From NCBI GenBank assembly GCA_030141605.1, contig JAQGDQ010000146.1, positions 1 through 64,000 on the forward strand: a stretch of DNA of 64,000 nt, written 5' to 3'. Positions 60,056 to 64,000 of this stretch are shown piece by piece. Every line of letters starts with the position of its first letter. Position 1 is the stretch's first letter. Source of the DNA: Tubiluchus corallicola. Lineage: Eukaryota > Animalia > Priapulida. Below the pieces are notes generated by a model. That model searched no databases. It worked only from the letters and a program-made list of their open reading frames with translations, and was not told the DNA's origin. A program made the position numbers and the translations under genes.

Positions 60056-60925
60056 ATGCCTGACGCTGATGATAATAATACAACGCACAATTTTACCAGT
60101 GAGTTATGGAATAACAACACATTGCCCAGCATAATGATCCTAGTAATCTTACATCTACTATTAATAATAATTATAATCATTGGTAATTCATTAGTTTTGA
60201 TCGCAGTTTACAAGCATGAACAACTGCAGACAAAAGTTAATGCACTCATTGTGTCCTTAGCTACCACTGACCTGTTAATTGGACTGGTAACATTGCCTTC
60301 AAAAATCCCCACCATCTTATACACAACACAACTTCCTCCAGTGTATTATACTGTCAGAAAAGTCACTGCCATCGTGACTATAGACTCCGGCATAGTACAT
60401 TTATGTGTCATAACTGCAGAAAGGTATTTTGCTGTTATGCATCCTTTTAAATACAGCATTTACTTCACAAAGACAACATTGGCTGTTGTATTATGTTCAA
60501 CGTGGGTAACTTCATTCCTCCTAGCAAGTCTGGACATTTATCGGCTACGACTCGTTTCAGCTGTTGTAACGAAATGCTTGCCAATGCTGCTCATGATTCT
60601 TGTGTATTCACTCATCTGGAGGATTGCAAGAAGACAGGTTTTACAAATTCACCAGCAAGACCAACAGATGGGCATTAGAGTGACAGAAATGAAAGCGACG
60701 AAAATGTTCATCATCGTGACTGTTGCATTTGTTGTTTGCTTTGCACCGTTTACAGTGTTTTCCATAATCAACCCCAGATGCAACTTCTGCATTTCAAGAA
60801 CTGCAATGCGATATATAATGCTATTTGGATATTGCAACAGCGGAATCAACTCCATCATATATGCGGCATCAAATAAGAGATTTAAAACAGCATTTAGGAA
60901 AATAACCAGAGGCGGAGACAATTAA
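60056..60925 (+). CDS. Class A (rhodopsin-like) orphan GPCR 1, intronless
   Basis: GN (TM1), SLA..D (TM2), AERY, CFAP and NSGINSIIY (NPxxY variant) motifs. Confidence 0.88.
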   Translation: MPDADDNNTTHNFTSELWNNNTLPSIMILVILHLLLIIIIIIGNSLVLIAVYKHEQLQTKVNALIVSLATTDLLIGLVTLPSKIPTILYTTQLPPVYYTVRKVTAIVTIDSGIVHLCVITAERYFAVMHPFKYSIYFTKTTLAVVLCSTWVTSFLLASLDIYRLRLVSAVVTKCLPMLLMILVYSLIWRIARRQVLQIHQQDQQMGIRVTEMKATKMFIIVTVAFVVCFAPFTVFSIINPRCNFCISRTAMRYIMLFGYCNSGINSIIYAASNKRFKTAFRKITRGGDN

Positions 60926-62561
60926 ACAACCATCGATGTCCACAATCCACTTGGTCTTGAAAAAACTTTCACTCGAGTTCAATATAATCCAAGATGTCTA
61001 CTATCTCGCCAACTCGAATAATAAGCAATATGTTTTGTGCAGCTCTGCAAATAGCCCATTTCTGCGGGAGACGAATAACTTAATGAGTACAGTCATGTGG
61101 TCACCAAAGATCAGTAAACAAATAGCAGTAAACCAAAGACGCTTTCTGTACCTCGTATGTCATTCTCGCTCACTCGTGCCAGAGACTTGAAACTTGGCCA
61201 AGAACGCATTCGATGTTCGCCAGAAAAAGGCAAGTTATTTAATGTATAATTGTCTTTTGTTTAATAATAACTATGAGTTCTTTGTGCAATCTTAATAATG
61301 CATTAAAAAATTGTATGTCTGTTGGGGTTATATAGGCCTTTAAATGAATCATAAACTAATTATTTCCAAAAAACCGTGGTTGCTACGATTTCTAGCTATA
61401 CTGGTTTGAAAAATCTTGAGACGCCATACTGTCTCAAATCATTTCAATACAGAGTTTAGCTGAGCTGTTTATACAGTTTCAGAAAATCGACAGTACAACT
61501 TCCTGAGGTCTGCAGCGACGTTCATCATTCTATTTGCTGCTGAAAACAACGGACGTCTTGACAGAAATTGTTCTAATACTGAGGTCACGTGATTGCAACG
61601 TGATCTCCTACAGGCTCCAGAAGAAGCAGAGCTAATTGAAATTTTCCCCCAACCGTTCAATATTCAGCGTACAATGCTTTCCTCCCCAAGGGCCATGCGT
61701 TATCAGCTCACAGCAAATGAGTTCATTCTTTTTCAAAAATACGGGCTATATAACACTTGCTTTGTTGACGAACAGCCAGTGACTTGCGCTAAAGTGAGTA
61801 CTGCTGGCTGAAGCAGGTTTGCAAAATGGCGTAACCTACTAGTTTACGTTTCTAACAGTTTGCAGGAACAACTGTCCTGTAGTTCTGGTTTAAACCGTTA
61901 ATCTAGCAAACTTTATTGCACGTGCTTATCGATGACTAAAGAAAACCAATTGCAGAATCCAGTCTTTTCTTGTGCAAATTGTAGTTGATCAAGAGCTGTG
62001 GAATGAGGATATCTCAACGCTTACTATAGCAGCTTTCTGTTCCTATTTCAAATATAAGTGGCACTTTGATAAACCTAATATGCATTATAATGACAATTAT
62101 TTTTTGCCTCTTGATCTGTTGAATTCGTTCCACAATTGCCATTATACTTCGTATGTGAGCTAGAAGACAAACAATGGATAAAGAGCTACATACATTGCAC
62201 TATCCAAAAAAAATCTTATTGTTCATAGTGACTATGAGACTATAATGATCCACAGTGACTATCATGTTGACTCCTATTTCCCAACACCATGTTGGCAAAT
62301 ATGGCAAATTGCTGTTACCAATTATGAACAGCTTTATAATAGAAATAATTGCTAATGACAACTATTCACAAAAACAGCTGCTAGGAATGGGTATAATATG
62401 AAATGCATACTTATGTGGCAGCAAACAGAGGTGTGATACTGTAGACCAGATGTGCAGACTTTCTGATGCGTTGCATCAAATATTTGCATTTCTCAACATA
62501 AAAATTAAAAAAAGTTAAAAAAGTAAAGGTTAGTGTTACTGTTTAATGACAGCACCTGACA

Positions 62562-63458
62562 ATGCCATCCGAAAATGATACTCTGATAGGAAACACAACT
62601 GACGAAGTGAATTACGAGGAAGATTGGTTTATACTAACTGTTGCAGCATTCTTAGCATGGTTGATCATCATTACAGTTGTTGGAAACTTGCTTGTCTTAA
62701 TTGCAATTTACAAGTATGAGCAGTTGCAAACAAGAACGAATGCACTGATCGTATCACTTGCTGTAACAGATCTGCTATTTGGACTGATATCAATACCAAT
62801 TGAATTTGTCACTGTAATATATGTTAGACGTGTTAACGTTCTAGGTAAAAGCCTTGAAGAAAATTTTGTTGCAATGGTTGTTGTAGACTATATAGTTGTT
62901 GTTGTTGCCTTGGTTGCTCTAAACTGCAGCTTACTGCACTTATGCTTAATTGCTGTTGAGAGATATGTAGCCATTTTGCATCCTTACAAATACAATATTT
63001 GTTTTACAAAGAGAACATTGATAATGCTATTATCCATTACATGGCTCTCGAGCATTATTTTAGCGTGCATAGAAATGGTAGACGGCACCACGATTTTTTC
63101 CTGTATTTTGACCTGTTTACAAGCAACAATTATAGTCTCACTGTATGCATTAATATGGCGGGCAGCAAGAAAGCAAATCTTGCAAATTGGTTCTGAAAAC
63201 CGACAAACTGGAACAAGAGTGATGGACATGAAAGCAACAAAAACTTTAACTATAATCACTGTTGCATTTTTCATTTGTTGGGGTCCACTCTTAATTATGA
63301 CAACAATCTTCATAAGCTGTCCATTGTGCATATCAGATATTGCTGAAAAAATAGCAGTATGCATGAGCTTTTCAAACAGTGCAGTCAACCCTTTCATATA
63401 TGCAGCAACAAACAGCAAATTTAGAACAGCATTCAAGAAGATTCTTAGATGCGTGTAA
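62562..63458 (+). CDS. Class A orphan GPCR 2, paralog of GPCR 1, intronless
   Basis: GNLLV, SLAVTD, VERY, CWGP and NSAVNPFIY motifs; colinear with 60056-60925. Confidence 0.9.
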   Translation: MPSENDTLIGNTTDEVNYEEDWFILTVAAFLAWLIIITVVGNLLVLIAIYKYEQLQTRTNALIVSLAVTDLLFGLISIPIEFVTVIYVRRVNVLGKSLEENFVAMVVVDYIVVVVALVALNCSLLHLCLIAVERYVAILHPYKYNICFTKRTLIMLLSITWLSSIILACIEMVDGTTIFSCILTCLQATIIVSLYALIWRAARKQILQIGSENRQTGTRVMDMKATKTLTIITVAFFICWGPLLIMTTIFISCPLCISDIAEKIAVCMSFSNSAVNPFIYAATNSKFRTAFKKILRCV

Positions 63459-64000
63459 AAATAATTACAAAGTACGTTGTTGTCTCAGTTTTACTTGAAC
63501 GATCAATGTGTTTCTGTAACTTATGATTGACTAAGTGTCACCTGGCCAGGCACGACTAATCAGAATGATATCTATAGGAAAGATTTTGGAATTATGAAAA
63601 CCAAACTGTGCAACTGTGATGCGCAACTGTAAAACCCAAAAGACAAGAAACCAGAACTAAAGAAAGTTTGAATTTGTAATTATGTAATAACTTAATCAGC
63701 ACAGTTTCCTTGAACATTCACTGTAAATGTATTGGTAAAGTATTGAAACAAGTTGCCCTTTATTATCTGCTATTTGTTGTATAATTTTATTGTGATTCTG
63801 AGTAGCAGTAGCAAGTAGCTGGTAGAGTCAACACAGCAGATTCTATCAGCATGTTATAAAAATTGCATAGCGTAATTCACTTATGAGAAAAAACCACCAG
63901 TGCTGTATATTATTAATCACATACATTCATTACGTACTCTTGTATTAATGTTCAATAAACTGTTATCAAAATTATTATGCCTTTCTAGTTTGGTCTTACA

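Noticed and set aside
61380-61930. Slightly GC-richer block with short ORFs between the GPCRs
   Set aside because: No recognisable motif, splice structure or termini.

Overview
AT-rich invertebrate (probably protostome) genomic DNA, not prokaryotic. Left half: a possible MOCOS first exon, an intronless RNase H2 subunit A gene, and a minus-strand two-pore channel gene (TPC1-like) that the ORF track misses. I rebuilt 17 GT-AG exons of it in one frame (~527 aa), but its 5' part (domain I S1-S5) was not found. Three intronless plus-strand genes lie antisense within TPC1 intronic space: two tandem divergent iGluR/IR-like subunits and a 5xCUB+LDLa-like protein of the SOL-1/LEV-10 family of ligand-gated channel auxiliary proteins. 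Centre: a full-length BEL/Pao LTR retrotransposon with near-identical LTRs but no target-site duplication. It separates the 5'-less TPC1 from a 3'-less secreted EGF/collagen gene, which suggests a rearrangement or assembly misjoin. Right half: minisatellites, MITEs, LINE remnants, an orphan frameshifted MACPF-accessory-domain (perivitellin-2-like) exon, an alpha-1,3-fucosyltransferase, a truncated Gypsy element (LTR, PBS, gag) and two paralogous intronless class A GPCRs with almost no ECL2. All calls were made by eye from motifs; no searches were run.
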